Below, one piece after another: positions 36,894-48,092 of a stretch of 64,000 nt of DNA; position 1 is the first letter of the stretch; each line of letters opens with the position of its first letter. The position numbers and the translations under genes were made by a program. The stretch comes from an uncultured Gammaproteobacteria bacterium (lineage in GTDB: Bacteria > Patescibacteriota > Patescibacteriia > UBA11705 > JABHMO01). Location: contig CAZMEQ010000004.1 in the NCBI GenBank assembly GCA_964565345.1, forward strand, positions 2,873-66,872, written 5' to 3'. The notes under the pieces were generated by a model. That model saw nothing but the letters and a program-made list of their open reading frames with translations, had not been told where the DNA came from and searched no databases.

Positions 36894-36984
36894 GACTTAA
36901 ATAGTTTTGTACTGTCGGGATAAGTTTCTTTGAGTGGTGACTATTTTGTTGTATAATATATTTGGAGGATTTTAATCATTATTT

Positions 36985-37356
36985 TTGGATATGGCAAAAA
37001 ATATTTTAATTGCAGAAGACGAAAAGCCGATGGCAAAAGCTTTGGAATTAAAGTTGACTAAGGAGGGATTCAATGTATCTGTTGCGTACGATGGCGAAGA
37101 GGCCTTAAACTTAATCGCTAAAAAGAAATTTGACCTAATGCTCTTAGACATTATGATGCCTAAAGTGGATGGTTTTTCGGTTCTGACGAAGTTAAACGAA
37201 GAGAAGCTTAAGCTCCCCGTTATAGTAAGTTCCAATTTAAGCCAAGTCGAAGATATAGAGAGAGCCAAGTCCTTAGGCGCAGTTGATTTTTTAGTCAAAT
37301 CTAATGTTACCCTGGCTGAAATTATTCAAAAAATTAAAGCTATTTTAAAAATTTGA
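36985..37356 (+). CDS. stand-alone response-regulator receiver (CheY-like)
   Basis: ILIAEDE...LLDIMMPKVDG. There is no output domain. Confidence 0.75.
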   Translation: MDMAKNILIAEDEKPMAKALELKLTKEGFNVSVAYDGEEALNLIAKKKFDLMLLDIMMPKVDGFSVLTKLNEEKLKLPVIVSSNLSQVEDIERAKSLGAVDFLVKSNVTLAEIIQKIKAILKI

Positions 37357-37364
37357 TATAACAT

Positions 37365-39125
37365 ATGCTAGGAGGAAAAACAAAAACAAAGAAGAATGAT
37401 GTCGCTGTAAACCCAAAAAAGTTGGGCATAAAAAAAGGGGATAAACTAGAAAAAACAGAAGCCTCTTCAAAAACATTACCGTTGGATGATGTTGCTTTAC
37501 TCAAGGTTTTATTTGATGAAAGTTATATTGCTGAATCTGATTACGCTAAGGCTAGTGCTTATTTAAAAGAAAAACGCGGGACGCTCGCGGATTTTTTGTT
37601 GTCCTCGGGAATTTTGAACCGCGATTTATTGGGTCAGGCCCAGGCCGAGTATTATGGCCTTATGTATGCTGATTTGAATTCAACTAAGCCGACAGTGGAA
37701 CAAGTAAAAAAAATCCCACAAGATTTAGCTCTTAATAATTTAGTGGTTTTGTACAAAGAAGACGAGACGAGTGTTATTATTACAACCTCCAAACCATGGG
37801 TATTAGATTGGCAAATTAAGATTAAACCTCTTTTCCCTAAAAAGAAAATTGTAGTCGCTTTTTCTTTAAAAGAAGATATCGAGTCTGTATTAACGGCCTA
37901 CAGACAAGAATTGGATACTGAATTTTCAAAAATTATCACCACTGGAAATAAGATTGCACCCGAGATTGTAGAAACAATTTTTAAGGACGCTATTTTAAAT
38001 AGGTGCTCTGACATTCACTTTGAGCCTATGGTTGACGATGTAGTAGTCCGTTTTCGTTTAGATGGTGTCATGCAAAGTGTCGGTCGTCTACCAAAGGTAA
38101 CATATGCTAATGTTATAAATCGCATAAAGGTGTTAAGTAATCTTCGAATTGACGAACATTCCGCCGCTCAAGATGGAGCCATTCGTTTTGAGAGTGCTGA
38201 AACTGGAGCTGACATGCGTGTGTCTATAGTCCCTACTATGGAGGGGGAAAAGATAGTTATTCGTCTTTTGTCTCGTTATGTCAGTGGATTTTCATTGTCG
38301 GATTTGGGTTTATCAGAAGCCCAAAAAAATATTGTCACGCAAACCGCCGAAAAACCTTTTGGCATGATGCTTGTTGTTGGCCCCACTGGTTCAGGAAAAA
38401 CCACAACATTATATTCGTTACTAAAAATGGTTAACTCACCACGTGTAAATATTACAACCATCGAAGATCCGGTTGAGTATCGTATTGCTGGAGTTAACCA
38501 AATTCAAGTTAATTCCGCGACAAATTTAACTTTCGCTAAAGGGTTACGCTCCATCGTGCGTCAAGATCCCGATGTGATTTTGGTCGGAGAAATTCGTGAC
38601 CAAGAAACGGCCGAAATAGCAGTTAATGCCTCTTTGACCGGGCACCTCTTGCTTTCAACTTTCCATGCCAATGATGCAGCCAGCGCAATTCCACGCTTAT
38701 TAGATATGGGCGTTGAACCATTCTTAGTCGCCTCGACTCTTGAATTACTAATTGCCCAACGTTTAACTAGGAAAATTTGTGAAATGTGTCGTGTGGGTGA
38801 AGATGTTACCAAAAAAGACATTGAAGAAAAATATGGACGTGTGGCTGAATTCATTACAGAGTCTAAATTAACGCTTTACCGTGGCCGAGGTTGCGAAATG
38901 TGTAATCATACTGGGTATCATGGACGCACGGCTATTTTCGAAATGATTGAAATCACGCCTGAGATGGAAGACTTAATTATGAAAAATCCATCTAGTAAAG
39001 AAATTTGGTCCTTGGCGCGATCACAAGGTGCAAAGACCTTATTTGAGGATGGTCTTTATAAAGTGAAGGCCGGTCAAACAACAATCGAAGAAGTTTTACG
39101 TGTCGCTGAACCGCCAATTTTATAA
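37365..39125 (+). CDS. pilB: type IV pilus assembly ATPase PilB/GspE family
   Basis: Walker A GPTGSGKTT. A C-terminal tetracysteine CEMC...CEMC is present. 586 aa. Confidence 0.8.
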   Translation: MLGGKTKTKKNDVAVNPKKLGIKKGDKLEKTEASSKTLPLDDVALLKVLFDESYIAESDYAKASAYLKEKRGTLADFLLSSGILNRDLLGQAQAEYYGLMYADLNSTKPTVEQVKKIPQDLALNNLVVLYKEDETSVIITTSKPWVLDWQIKIKPLFPKKKIVVAFSLKEDIESVLTAYRQELDTEFSKIITTGNKIAPEIVETIFKDAILNRCSDIHFEPMVDDVVVRFRLDGVMQSVGRLPKVTYANVINRIKVLSNLRIDEHSAAQDGAIRFESAETGADMRVSIVPTMEGEKIVIRLLSRYVSGFSLSDLGLSEAQKNIVTQTAEKPFGMMLVVGPTGSGKTTTLYSLLKMVNSPRVNITTIEDPVEYRIAGVNQIQVNSATNLTFAKGLRSIVRQDPDVILVGEIRDQETAEIAVNASLTGHLLLSTFHANDAASAIPRLLDMGVEPFLVASTLELLIAQRLTRKICEMCRVGEDVTKKDIEEKYGRVAEFITESKLTLYRGRGCEMCNHTGYHGRTAIFEMIEITPEMEDLIMKNPSSKEIWSLARSQGAKTLFEDGLYKVKAGQTTIEEVLRVAEPPIL

Positions 39126-39127
39126 AT

Positions 39128-40228
39128 ATGGAAAAAAATAGGAGCAGTTTTTTATCTCAAATAAATTTACGTCTTAATACTTTGTTCTCTGCCAAAGAGA
39201 AGGATGTTATTTTTGAAAATTTGGCCATGTTGATTGGAGCTGGGCTAGAAGTTTCTTTATCATTGGGCGCATTGGCAAAAGAAATTCGCAACAAGCATTT
39301 ACAGAAAGTTGTTTTGCAAATTAAAGACGATATTCAGGGGGGCAGTCATTTGTGGGAGGCCTTTAGTATTAGTGGGTTATTTCCAGAGTATGTTTTAGCG
39401 CTTATCCGGGTGGGGGAAGAGTCTGGACAGCTCAAGGAAAAGCTGCAAATTATTGCCGAACAGCAAAAAAAGCAACGAATTCTTAGGTCTCGAATTAAAT
39501 CAGCACTCAGCTATCCAATTCTTATTATAATTTTAACCTTTATAGTTGGTATAGGCATAAGTTGGTTTATATTGCCACGCTTTGTTTCTATTTTTAAAAT
39601 GATGAATCGCGAATTGCCAGTTTTAACTAAAGGGCTGGTTGCGAGTGGCCAATTTTTTGCTACCTATGGTGTTATTTTTGTCCCAACTTTGGCTTTGTTG
39701 CTCATGATAATTTGTTATTTTCTATTTTTATTCCCTAAGACGCGATTTTCGGGGCAATGGATTTTAGCGCATTTACCAGTCTCTAAGAGATTGTTACAGG
39801 AGGTTGAACTGTCACGTTTTGGATATAATTTGGGCACTTTAATTAAAGCCGGCTTACCTCTGACGACCGCACTTTCGGCAATTGTCAATGTTACCTCAAT
39901 TGTAAGTTATAAAAAGTTTTATAAATATTTAAGAGAAAAAATTGAGGAGGGTTGGTCCTTTGCTCATTGTTTTTCTGACTATAAAGGTAGTGAAAAACTA
40001 GTGCCAGCATCTATCCAGCAAATTATAGTCTCTGGTGAAGAATCAGCCTCCTTGGCGAATAGCTTGGTTGATATTGGAAATATTTATGAAACAAAAACAG
40101 ATATTACAGCCAAAAATTTAACTACTCTTTTAGAGCCAATTTTATTAATTATTATTGGTTTGGGGATTATGGGGGTAGCGCTGGCAATAATAAGCCCAAT
40201 TTATGGCTTGATGGGTAATTTGCAATAA
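39128..40228 (+). CDS. pilC: type IV pilus platform protein PilC/GspF family
   Basis: 366 aa, polytopic. Two GspF-like repeats are present. Confidence 0.75.
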   Translation: MEKNRSSFLSQINLRLNTLFSAKEKDVIFENLAMLIGAGLEVSLSLGALAKEIRNKHLQKVVLQIKDDIQGGSHLWEAFSISGLFPEYVLALIRVGEESGQLKEKLQIIAEQQKKQRILRSRIKSALSYPILIIILTFIVGIGISWFILPRFVSIFKMMNRELPVLTKGLVASGQFFATYGVIFVPTLALLLMIICYFLFLFPKTRFSGQWILAHLPVSKRLLQEVELSRFGYNLGTLIKAGLPLTTALSAIVNVTSIVSYKKFYKYLREKIEEGWSFAHCFSDYKGSEKLVPASIQQIIVSGEESASLANSLVDIGNIYETKTDITAKNLTTLLEPILLIIIGLGIMGVALAIISPIYGLMGNLQ

Positions 40229-40229
40229 C

Positions 40230-40676
40230 ATGCACTCCAAAATAACGAAAAAGGGATTTACTTTAATTGAGGCAATAGTAGTTATTGCCTTAATTAGTCT
40301 TTTAGCTGGTCTTTCCATTCCCTTTTACGCTGATATTTTAAGCCGTAACGAAATTTTTGTGGCCACTGACGCTACTATTAGAACCTTGCGCCGGGCACAG
40401 ATATTGGCACGGGGTGTTGCGGCGGATAATAGTTGGTCCGTTAAATTAAACGATGGTCTGATTCGTTTATACAAGGGTAATGACTACGATACGCGAGACA
40501 CACAATACGACGAAGATATTGATTTAAACGATAAAACAATGTTTTCGGGCAATACAGACATAAATTTTTCTAAATTTTACGGGATTCCAAGTGTTACAGG
40601 TATAACAACAATTACTGGGCCAGATGGTTCAACTAGAAATTTAACTTTGAATAGTTGGGGATTCATTGATTATTAA
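40230..40676 (+). CDS. prepilin-type N-terminal cleavage/methylation domain protein (pilin/pseudopilin)
   Basis: KKGFTLIEAIVVIALISLLAG. Confidence 0.75.
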   Translation: MHSKITKKGFTLIEAIVVIALISLLAGLSIPFYADILSRNEIFVATDATIRTLRRAQILARGVAADNSWSVKLNDGLIRLYKGNDYDTRDTQYDEDIDLNDKTMFSGNTDINFSKFYGIPSVTGITTITGPDGSTRNLTLNSWGFIDY

Positions 40677-40678
40677 AA

Positions 40679-42427
40679 ATGGCAACTCAATTAAAAAATA
40701 ATCTAGGATTTAGTTTTGTCGAGGCAATTTTGGCCATTGCTTTGTTTGGTTTAATTGCCACCGGTTTAGTTGGAGCCTTAATCTCCGGCTATTTTGATGT
40801 TTTTTTGGCTGGGGGGAATCAGCGCGCTACGCTTTTGGCCGAAGAGGGCTTAGAGGCCGCACGCAATATTCGAGATTCTGGCTATGGCAATTTAGCGGTA
40901 GGCACTCATGGTATAGGAGTTAGTGGAAATAATTATGTTTTTAGTGGGGCAAGTGATGTTGTTGATGGCTATACACGGCAGGTTGTTGTTACAGCCCCCT
41001 CAGCCAATAGAAAGTTAGTGACAAGCACAGTTAGTTGGGTGCAACAAGAAGGCCGGAATGGCACAGTAACTGTTTCCACCTACTTAAATAACTGGCAAGC
41101 AGTTACAGGGACAAAAAAAGGTCTTTTAGTTTATGGGGAGGGTGGATTGGCTTCAGATACTATCCGCTATCGTGTTTTGAATTCGTCGGGGAGTTGGGGT
41201 GTTGTTGGAACAGCGGCTGATATTGATGGTTTATCTACAAATCGTGCTTTGCGCGTAGCTAATTTGTATGCCTCTGCTACGCGAGACGAAAAGATTTTAA
41301 TTTCTAAACATTACGCTACTGCGACCACAACACAATATATTTATGCGCAAGTTTTTAATGGAACCACTTGGGGTAATGTTATAAATTTAACCAGCTATAC
41401 TTCGGCTACTAATATTGATGTTAAAAATTTTGGTGGGGCTTATTTGAATAATGGCGATTTTATGCTTGTTTATTCTGATAATGCTACTAATATTCCTAAA
41501 TTTGTAACTTGGAATGGGACCACTTGGGCGGCGGCTCAAAATACTCAAAATATTGGCGGTATTGCACGTGCCATTGTTGTTAAAGCACGACCAGCTACCA
41601 ATGAAGTAATGGCTGTATTCTTTGATTCAGCAAACGATACTAACTCCTTATATTTTAATGGGGGAGCCTATGCGCCGGCCAGTTGGACAGGTTTAACAGA
41701 GCATGGGATTAATGCTCCTTCTACAAATAAGGCTTTGATAGATTTTGAGTGGAGCGTTAACACTCCTACTTTTGGTGGTTTAATTTATACTAATAATCGC
41801 ACTGAAAGAAGTTTTCGTTTAAGAGAATTTACTGCAGATGGCGCGGGTAGTGGTGTTTGGGGTGCGGTGGCTAATGCCACTAATCAGCCAGCAGGTCGTA
41901 ATATTGGAACTATGCGGCTTTCAGCACGAGCCGGTGCAAATGAATTTTTAGCTTGTAATAAAGATCAAAATGCTGCGCCACAAATTCGTTGTTATGAAGG
42001 GGATCACACTCCAGCCTGGATTAATCCAACGAATCAAAATTTAGGTTCAACAGACACCGGCATTCAAAGAAGCTTTGATTTGGCATACGAAAAATCAGGG
42101 ACAGATGCTTTGGTTATTTATTCTGACACAACCACAGTCCCTAAATTAAAAAAATATAACCCGAGTACAAATACGTTTGATATTGCAGCTACTAATTTAA
42201 CGGCAATGACAGCTGCGGTAGAAACAGTCAAGTTAATTCCGTCTCCAGATGCAGATGATATTATGGTTTTAATTGGGGATACGGCTCAAAACTTGCGTTC
42301 CGAAGTCTGGAATGGCGCAACTAATTCATTTTATGTAACTCCATCGGGCTGGGCTGCTACCACCCAAGGAACTAGCGGTTCATCTGATGAAGATTATTGG
42401 TATGATTTTGTCTGGGATAAATTTTAA
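40679..42427 (+). CDS. large pilin-like protein (prepilin N-terminus + ~550-aa Thr/Asn-rich extracellular domain; putative tip/adhesin)
   Basis: N-terminal LGFSFVEAILAIALFGL. Confidence 0.55.
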   Translation: MATQLKNNLGFSFVEAILAIALFGLIATGLVGALISGYFDVFLAGGNQRATLLAEEGLEAARNIRDSGYGNLAVGTHGIGVSGNNYVFSGASDVVDGYTRQVVVTAPSANRKLVTSTVSWVQQEGRNGTVTVSTYLNNWQAVTGTKKGLLVYGEGGLASDTIRYRVLNSSGSWGVVGTAADIDGLSTNRALRVANLYASATRDEKILISKHYATATTTQYIYAQVFNGTTWGNVINLTSYTSATNIDVKNFGGAYLNNGDFMLVYSDNATNIPKFVTWNGTTWAAAQNTQNIGGIARAIVVKARPATNEVMAVFFDSANDTNSLYFNGGAYAPASWTGLTEHGINAPSTNKALIDFEWSVNTPTFGGLIYTNNRTERSFRLREFTADGAGSGVWGAVANATNQPAGRNIGTMRLSARAGANEFLACNKDQNAAPQIRCYEGDHTPAWINPTNQNLGSTDTGIQRSFDLAYEKSGTDALVIYSDTTTVPKLKKYNPSTNTFDIAATNLTAMTAAVETVKLIPSPDADDIMVLIGDTAQNLRSEVWNGATNSFYVTPSGWAATTQGTSGSSDEDYWYDFVWDKF

Positions 42428-42932
42428 AAAGCAACGCAAGGCTTTTACTCTGGTTGAAGCCTTAGTATATATTACGTTAATGTCTATCACTTTGGTGAGT
42501 ATTGTGACATTAATGTATTGGATTTTGGATAGTCGATCTAAAACTCAAGTTATAGCTGAAGTAGAATCGCAATCGGTTTTGGCTATTGATGAAATCAGCC
42601 AAAGAATTCGTAATGCCACGGGCATTAATAGCCCCACACCTGGTAATAGCTCAAGTACGTTGTCGTTGGTTGTTTCGGACGGAGCTAAAAACCCAACGAT
42701 AATTGATTTGTCGGCGGGGGTTATACGAATTAAAGAAGGTGTTAGCTCGGAGGTTCCAATTACCACGGCACGTTTAAGCATTACTAATTTAACCTTTCAG
42801 AATGTTACGCGGGTTGGTACTCCAGGGAGTATGAAAATTAATTTTACTACTTCTTATGTGAATCCTGCAAATACAAAAGTTTTTGATTATTCCAAAAATT
42901 ACTATTTTGCCGCCAATCCACGCGGTTATTAA
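42387..42932 (+). CDS. pseudopilin-like protein
   Basis: KAFTLVEALVYITLMSI N-terminus. The start is uncertain and overlaps the upstream gene. Confidence 0.5.
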   Translation: MKIIGMILSGINFKKQRKAFTLVEALVYITLMSITLVSIVTLMYWILDSRSKTQVIAEVESQSVLAIDEISQRIRNATGINSPTPGNSSSTLSLVVSDGAKNPTIIDLSAGVIRIKEGVSSEVPITTARLSITNLTFQNVTRVGTPGSMKINFTTSYVNPANTKVFDYSKNYYFAANPRGY

Positions 42933-42934
42933 AT

Positions 42935-43324
42935 ATGGTTAAGTCGGGTTTTGTTTTATTAATAAGCGTCCTTATCATAGGAGCAGTGGGACTAAGTGTT
43001 GCTTCAACTTTTTTGTTGCTGGGTGTTGATGCTACGCGGACGGGTTTAGATTTTATTCAAAGCAAAAAGGCGCGCGCCTTGGCTGATGCCTGCGCGGAGG
43101 AGGCCTTGGAAAAAATTTGGGAATCAACAGCTTATTCTGGCTCGGGCAATTTAACTATAGGCTCTGAAACGTGTATGTACACTGTTATTGATTTGGGTGG
43201 ATCTAACCGACAGATTAATGCCTCCGGAGTGGTTTCTTCGGCCACACGTAAAGTAAAAATACTAATAAATCAGATAAATCCTAGCATCGGAGTAAGCTCT
43301 TGGCAGGAAGTCGCTGATTTTTAA
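42935..43324 (+). CDS. minor pilin-like protein
   Basis: Hydrophobic N-terminus SGFVLLISVLIIGAVGL. Confidence 0.45.
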   Translation: MVKSGFVLLISVLIIGAVGLSVASTFLLLGVDATRTGLDFIQSKKARALADACAEEALEKIWESTAYSGSGNLTIGSETCMYTVIDLGGSNRQINASGVVSSATRKVKILINQINPSIGVSSWQEVADF

Positions 43325-43328
43325 AAAT

Positions 43329-44909
43329 ATGTTATTAACAAGCTATAATTTAAAAGTCTGGGCAGCGGTTATTTCGTTAGTGATCGTTATCTTGATGTCG
43401 GGTTTTGTATATTATCAATATCAAAACGAATTAGCCTTAGCTCGTTCTGCTGCGCAAGAACTTGATCAAGAAATTTTAAGGTCTGTTACTACTGTCCCGG
43501 CCGATATTTTGAATAGGGTTTTTTCGGATGTGAAAACAATTTCACAATTACCAGCGTTCAAAGAGTATCTGGCGGACCCAGCTCCAGTTAATGCCCAAAG
43601 AGTAGCCGATATTTTTGTGGCTTTTAGCCAGAACAAAAAAGTATACGATCAAATACGCTTTATTGATGATAGCGGACAAGAAAAAATTAGAGTTAACAAC
43701 ACTCTAGGTAAGGGAGAGATTATCCCCGAAGAAAAACTGCAAAATAAAAAAGGTCGGTACTATTTTGACGAAGCATACGCTTTATCTGAAGGACAAATTT
43801 ATGTTTCGCCTTTAGATTTAAATGTAGAACAAAATAAAGTCGAGGAGCCATATAAACCAATGTTACGTATTGCCACGCCTGTTTTTGAGCAGGGCGAGAA
43901 AAAGGGGATTTTGATTATTAATTTTTTGGCGCAGGAGCTTATCGCGGAATTGGAGAAAAGAATCCAATTTAATGCTGATACTAGTCCAATCTCGCTGAAT
44001 TTTATAAATCGTGATGGGTATTGGTTTTTTGGTGTGCCAGACGAAAAACTTTGGGGCTTTATGTTTGATGGAAGAAAGGATGAGTCTGTAGCAAAAATTA
44101 ATCCGGAACTTTGGACTATTATGGAGAGTAGCACTGCTGGTCATTATTATGCTGGTCCGGGGCTTTATTCGTATGTTGAGTTAACTCAGCCAGAAGTAAT
44201 TAATCAAAAATGGAGACTTTATTTGTTTGACCCTAATTACAATATTTATAAAATAGCTAATTGGGATAACAAAAAATTACTTTTGGCTTTCGTTGTTTTG
44301 TTGTTAATCTTTGTTGCCCTTAATGTAATTTTTTCATTCATTATTAATCGAGCGAGACGCGTTAAAGAAGCTCAAATTGAAGCCGAGAACTTATATCGCA
44401 ATTTATATGAAAATTCGGCTGACTCTATTATGTTAATAGCTCCACCGAACTGGAATTTCATTTCTGGTAATAAAGCTACCTTAGATATGTTTGGTTGCCA
44501 AACAAAGGAGGAGTTTTTACGTTTTACACCAGAGCAGCTGTCTCCAGAAAAGCAAAACGACGGACAAAGTTCAAAAAAGAAAGCCAAAGAAATGATTGAT
44601 CAAGCTTTAGCCAAGGGGACGGTATCCTTTGAGTGGACCCATCAAACAATAGCGGGCAAACTTTTTCTCGCACATGTGACATTGGGTAAAGTGCTTGTTG
44701 GAGATAAAACCATGGTTCAGGCAGTTGTTAGAGATATTACCCAGGAAAAAGAGCTTAGTGCTATTAAAGAAAAACAAGAGGAAAAAGTAAAATTAGCTTT
44801 GAGCGAAGCAGAGCGTTTTAATAAACTTATGGTTGGGAGAGAGATGGAAATGATTGCTTTAAAAAAAGAATTAGCAGCTCTTCGTGCTAATAAAGAAAAG
44901 AGTAATTAG
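43329..44909 (+). CDS. membrane sensor protein with extracytoplasmic domain and C-terminal PAS domain (no kinase domain)
   Basis: Two transmembrane segments flank a ~290-aa periplasmic domain, then a PAS domain. A kinase gene follows. Confidence 0.5.
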   Translation: MLLTSYNLKVWAAVISLVIVILMSGFVYYQYQNELALARSAAQELDQEILRSVTTVPADILNRVFSDVKTISQLPAFKEYLADPAPVNAQRVADIFVAFSQNKKVYDQIRFIDDSGQEKIRVNNTLGKGEIIPEEKLQNKKGRYYFDEAYALSEGQIYVSPLDLNVEQNKVEEPYKPMLRIATPVFEQGEKKGILIINFLAQELIAELEKRIQFNADTSPISLNFINRDGYWFFGVPDEKLWGFMFDGRKDESVAKINPELWTIMESSTAGHYYAGPGLYSYVELTQPEVINQKWRLYLFDPNYNIYKIANWDNKKLLLAFVVLLLIFVALNVIFSFIINRARRVKEAQIEAENLYRNLYENSADSIMLIAPPNWNFISGNKATLDMFGCQTKEEFLRFTPEQLSPEKQNDGQSSKKKAKEMIDQALAKGTVSFEWTHQTIAGKLFLAHVTLGKVLVGDKTMVQAVVRDITQEKELSAIKEKQEEKVKLALSEAERFNKLMVGREMEMIALKKELAALRANKEKSN

Positions 44910-44919
44910 AAATACAATT

Positions 44920-47682
44920 ATGACAATTAAGCGAAAAATACTTTTTAGCATTATTGCCCTCGGTTTAGTTGTTGGCGCAATGGGTAGCTTGGTTGTGTTC
45001 TCTTATGTTAATAATAACTTAACAACAAGGTTGTTAGAAAGCGCCCATGAACTAACTAAAGAGCAAGAGCACGAGGCCTCTGCTGTTTTTAATAATAGTA
45101 GCCTTTTTGCACATATGTTGGCTACTAGAACTCGTGTCAAAGAATATTTAGTCGATAAGTCCGAGGCCAGAAGATTTGAGTTAGATGGTATTTTTTATGA
45201 ATATGACCAAAATGACAGCAGAATTCAGGCTATATATTTATTAGATAAAGATGGAGATGCCTTAATTTCAACGGACAAAAGCTTTGTCGGGAAAAACTAT
45301 AGTTTCCGAGATTATTATAAAAAAGCTTTAATTGGGCAAGCTTCGGTCCACGCCTATATCGGGGTAACAAGCGAGGCTTTTGGTTATTATTTCTCTGAAC
45401 CTGTTTTGGATGCTAACAATCATTTGTTGGGAGTTTTAGTTATAAAAACGGATGGAACCGATATAATCGAATCTATAAAAGAGAGCCGTCTTGTTGTATA
45501 CGGCAACCTTATGTTGGCCGATGAGAATGGGGTTGTGGTAGCTTCCACTAAGAATGAACGATTTCTAAAAAGTCTTGGCCCATTACAAGAAGAAACACAA
45601 AAAAGTCTTAAAGAGAAAAACACCTATGGAGGCAGGGATATTTTGGGGATTCAATATCCAGATGTTTTAAAAGCAATTCAATTATATGGCGGGCCACAGA
45701 CAATTGAGCTGTTCGATGAAGAAGATGATGACAGAGAAATTTTTTATGTTCAAAAAATAGGGGATAAAAATTTTTATCTTGTATCCGAAATACAACTGGA
45801 ACAAATTGAGGCCGCTGTCATTACAACTACCGCCATTATTGTTTTCTTATTTTTGTTATTTATTGTCGTTTTGTCGGTAATCCTATATTTTGTACTTAGT
45901 TATTTATTGGCTCCGATTAAAAAAATAAAAGAAGTTACAGAGAGAATTAGCCAAGGGGACTATTCAAAACGAGTAGAAATAGAAACAAAAGATGAGTTCT
46001 TTGATTTTGCACAATCATTCAATTCAATGGTTGCAAATATCGAGAACGTCTATAGGGAAATTTCCAAGAAGGTCGAAGAGCAAACAGCTGAACTTAATGC
46101 GAATAACTCGGCTTTATCCGAACAACGTACGGCTATTTTGAATGTTTTAGAAGATGCTGAAGTTGCAAAAAAAATGGCCGAAGAGATAGCTCAAAAATTT
46201 TCCGTTATGGTAGCAAACCTCCCTGGTATTACTTACCGATGTTTATATGATAAAAACTGGAGTATGGTTTTTATTAGTGATTATATTCGGACATTAACTG
46301 GTTATTTGGCGGATGATCTTATTGCCAACCAAAAAATAGCTTACAACGATATTATTTTTTCTAAAGACAGAAAAAGAGTGTCGACGGTAATTAATGCAGC
46401 GGTAAAAGATAAAAAAGAGTGGAGCCTTGATTATAGAATTACAAGCAAAGAGGGCAATATTATTTGGGTCGCAGAATATGGTAGGGCGCTTTATGATGAA
46501 AGCGGGTCAGTGTTGTTTTTGGATGGAATTATCCTGGATATCACACAACAGAAAAAATTGGAGCAGGATCTTAGAGCTAAAAATTTTGATTTAGAAAAAT
46601 TTAAATTAGCTGTTGAGTTTTCTTCTAATCACATTGTGATTACCGATAAGGAGGGCATAATACTTTATGCAAATAAAGCGGCAGAAACAATTACAGGATT
46701 CCCGCTAAAGAAGATGCTTGGACAAAAGGTGGGGAATAAAAATCTTTGGGGCGGTAGAATGAGCAAAGAATTTTATGAAAACATGTGGAAAACCATTAAA
46801 ACAGAAAAGAAAATGTTCAATGGCGAAATAGAAAACATACGTGCTAATGGCGAAGTGTATATGGCATTCGCTAGTATTGCTCCTGTTTTAGATAAAAATC
46901 AAAACATTATTTTCTTTGTTGGTTTGGAGCGGGATATTACCAAAGAGAAAGAAGTTGATAGAGCCAAGACAGAATTTGTTTCATTGGCTTCTCATCAACT
47001 ACGAACCCCACTTTCTGCTATTAACTGGTATACCGAAATGCTCATGGATGGTGATGCGGGTAAGCTTAATAAGAATCAAAAACAATATTTAGCCGAAATT
47101 TACAATGGTAATCAACGAATGGTAAGCTTGGTTAATTCGTTATTAAATGTGTCGCGCTTGGAATTAGGTACCTTTATGATAGAGCCTGTTCCTACTGACC
47201 TTTTTGCTTTGTGTGATGGTGTAATTAAAGAAATGCAACCACGGGTGGAGGCCCAAAAGTTACAGATTAAGAAAAAATATGACAAGAATATTAAAGAGTT
47301 AATGTTAGATCCTAATTTAATAAGAATTGTTTTACAAAATCTTATTTCCAACGCTGTTAAATATACTGGTGAAAAGGGCTTAATAGACATCTCGATCGGT
47401 AAAGAAAAAGAAATGATTGTTATTAGTGTAAAGGACACAGGATTAGGAATTCCCGAAAACCAGAAAGATAAAATTTTTACTCGTTTGTTTAGAGCAGATA
47501 ATGTCCGTAAAACAGCAATTGAGGGTACTGGGTTGGGACTATATATAATAAAGTCGATTATGGAAAATATAGGTGGCAGTATAAGTTTTGAATCGCAAGA
47601 GAATAAGGGAACCACCTTTATTGTTAAGTTTCCGGCTAAGGGAATGAGCAAAAAAACAGGTACAAAAAAGTTAGATTCATAA
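44920..47682 (+). CDS. sensor histidine kinase (Cache-like periplasmic domain, HAMP, PAS x2-3, HisKA, HATPase_c)
   Basis: H-box SLASHQLRTPLSAI. The N and G boxes are present. The track offers an alternative GTG start at 44884. Confidence 0.8.
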   Translation: MTIKRKILFSIIALGLVVGAMGSLVVFSYVNNNLTTRLLESAHELTKEQEHEASAVFNNSSLFAHMLATRTRVKEYLVDKSEARRFELDGIFYEYDQNDSRIQAIYLLDKDGDALISTDKSFVGKNYSFRDYYKKALIGQASVHAYIGVTSEAFGYYFSEPVLDANNHLLGVLVIKTDGTDIIESIKESRLVVYGNLMLADENGVVVASTKNERFLKSLGPLQEETQKSLKEKNTYGGRDILGIQYPDVLKAIQLYGGPQTIELFDEEDDDREIFYVQKIGDKNFYLVSEIQLEQIEAAVITTTAIIVFLFLLFIVVLSVILYFVLSYLLAPIKKIKEVTERISQGDYSKRVEIETKDEFFDFAQSFNSMVANIENVYREISKKVEEQTAELNANNSALSEQRTAILNVLEDAEVAKKMAEEIAQKFSVMVANLPGITYRCLYDKNWSMVFISDYIRTLTGYLADDLIANQKIAYNDIIFSKDRKRVSTVINAAVKDKKEWSLDYRITSKEGNIIWVAEYGRALYDESGSVLFLDGIILDITQQKKLEQDLRAKNFDLEKFKLAVEFSSNHIVITDKEGIILYANKAAETITGFPLKKMLGQKVGNKNLWGGRMSKEFYENMWKTIKTEKKMFNGEIENIRANGEVYMAFASIAPVLDKNQNIIFFVGLERDITKEKEVDRAKTEFVSLASHQLRTPLSAINWYTEMLMDGDAGKLNKNQKQYLAEIYNGNQRMVSLVNSLLNVSRLELGTFMIEPVPTDLFALCDGVIKEMQPRVEAQKLQIKKKYDKNIKELMLDPNLIRIVLQNLISNAVKYTGEKGLIDISIGKEKEMIVISVKDTGLGIPENQKDKIFTRLFRADNVRKTAIEGTGLGLYIIKSIMENIGGSISFESQENKGTTFIVKFPAKGMSKKTGTKKLDS

Positions 47683-47692
47683 ATAAATTTAT

Positions 47693-48085
47693 ATGACATC
47701 AAAATTAAAGGCACCTAAATATACAATTTTAGTTGTTGAAGATGAATTGCCATTACAACAAGCCATACAGCTAAAATTAGAAAAAAATGGCTTGGGCGTA
47801 GTTACTGCTCGATCTGTTAAGCAGGCTCGTATGTTATTAGAGGAATTAAGCAAGGTTGATGTTGTTTGGCTTGATCATTATTTGATAGGAGAGGAAAGCG
47901 GGTTAGATTTTGTGGCTGAATTGAAAAATAATGCTAAATGGAAAAAAATTCCGGTCTTTGTTGTCTCCAACACGGCCAGCTCTGATAAAGTTAAAACATA
48001 TTTAGAGTTAGGCGTAAATAAATATTTTACTAAGTCAAATTATCTTTTGGAACAGATTATTGCAGAGATAAAAAAGGCTATTTAG
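47693..48085 (+). CDS. stand-alone response-regulator receiver
   Basis: ILVVEDE...WLDHYL...VSN. 130 aa. Confidence 0.7.
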   Translation: MTSKLKAPKYTILVVEDELPLQQAIQLKLEKNGLGVVTARSVKQARMLLEELSKVDVVWLDHYLIGEESGLDFVAELKNNAKWKKIPVFVVSNTASSDKVKTYLELGVNKYFTKSNYLLEQIIAEIKKAI

Positions 48086-48092
48086 TAATAAT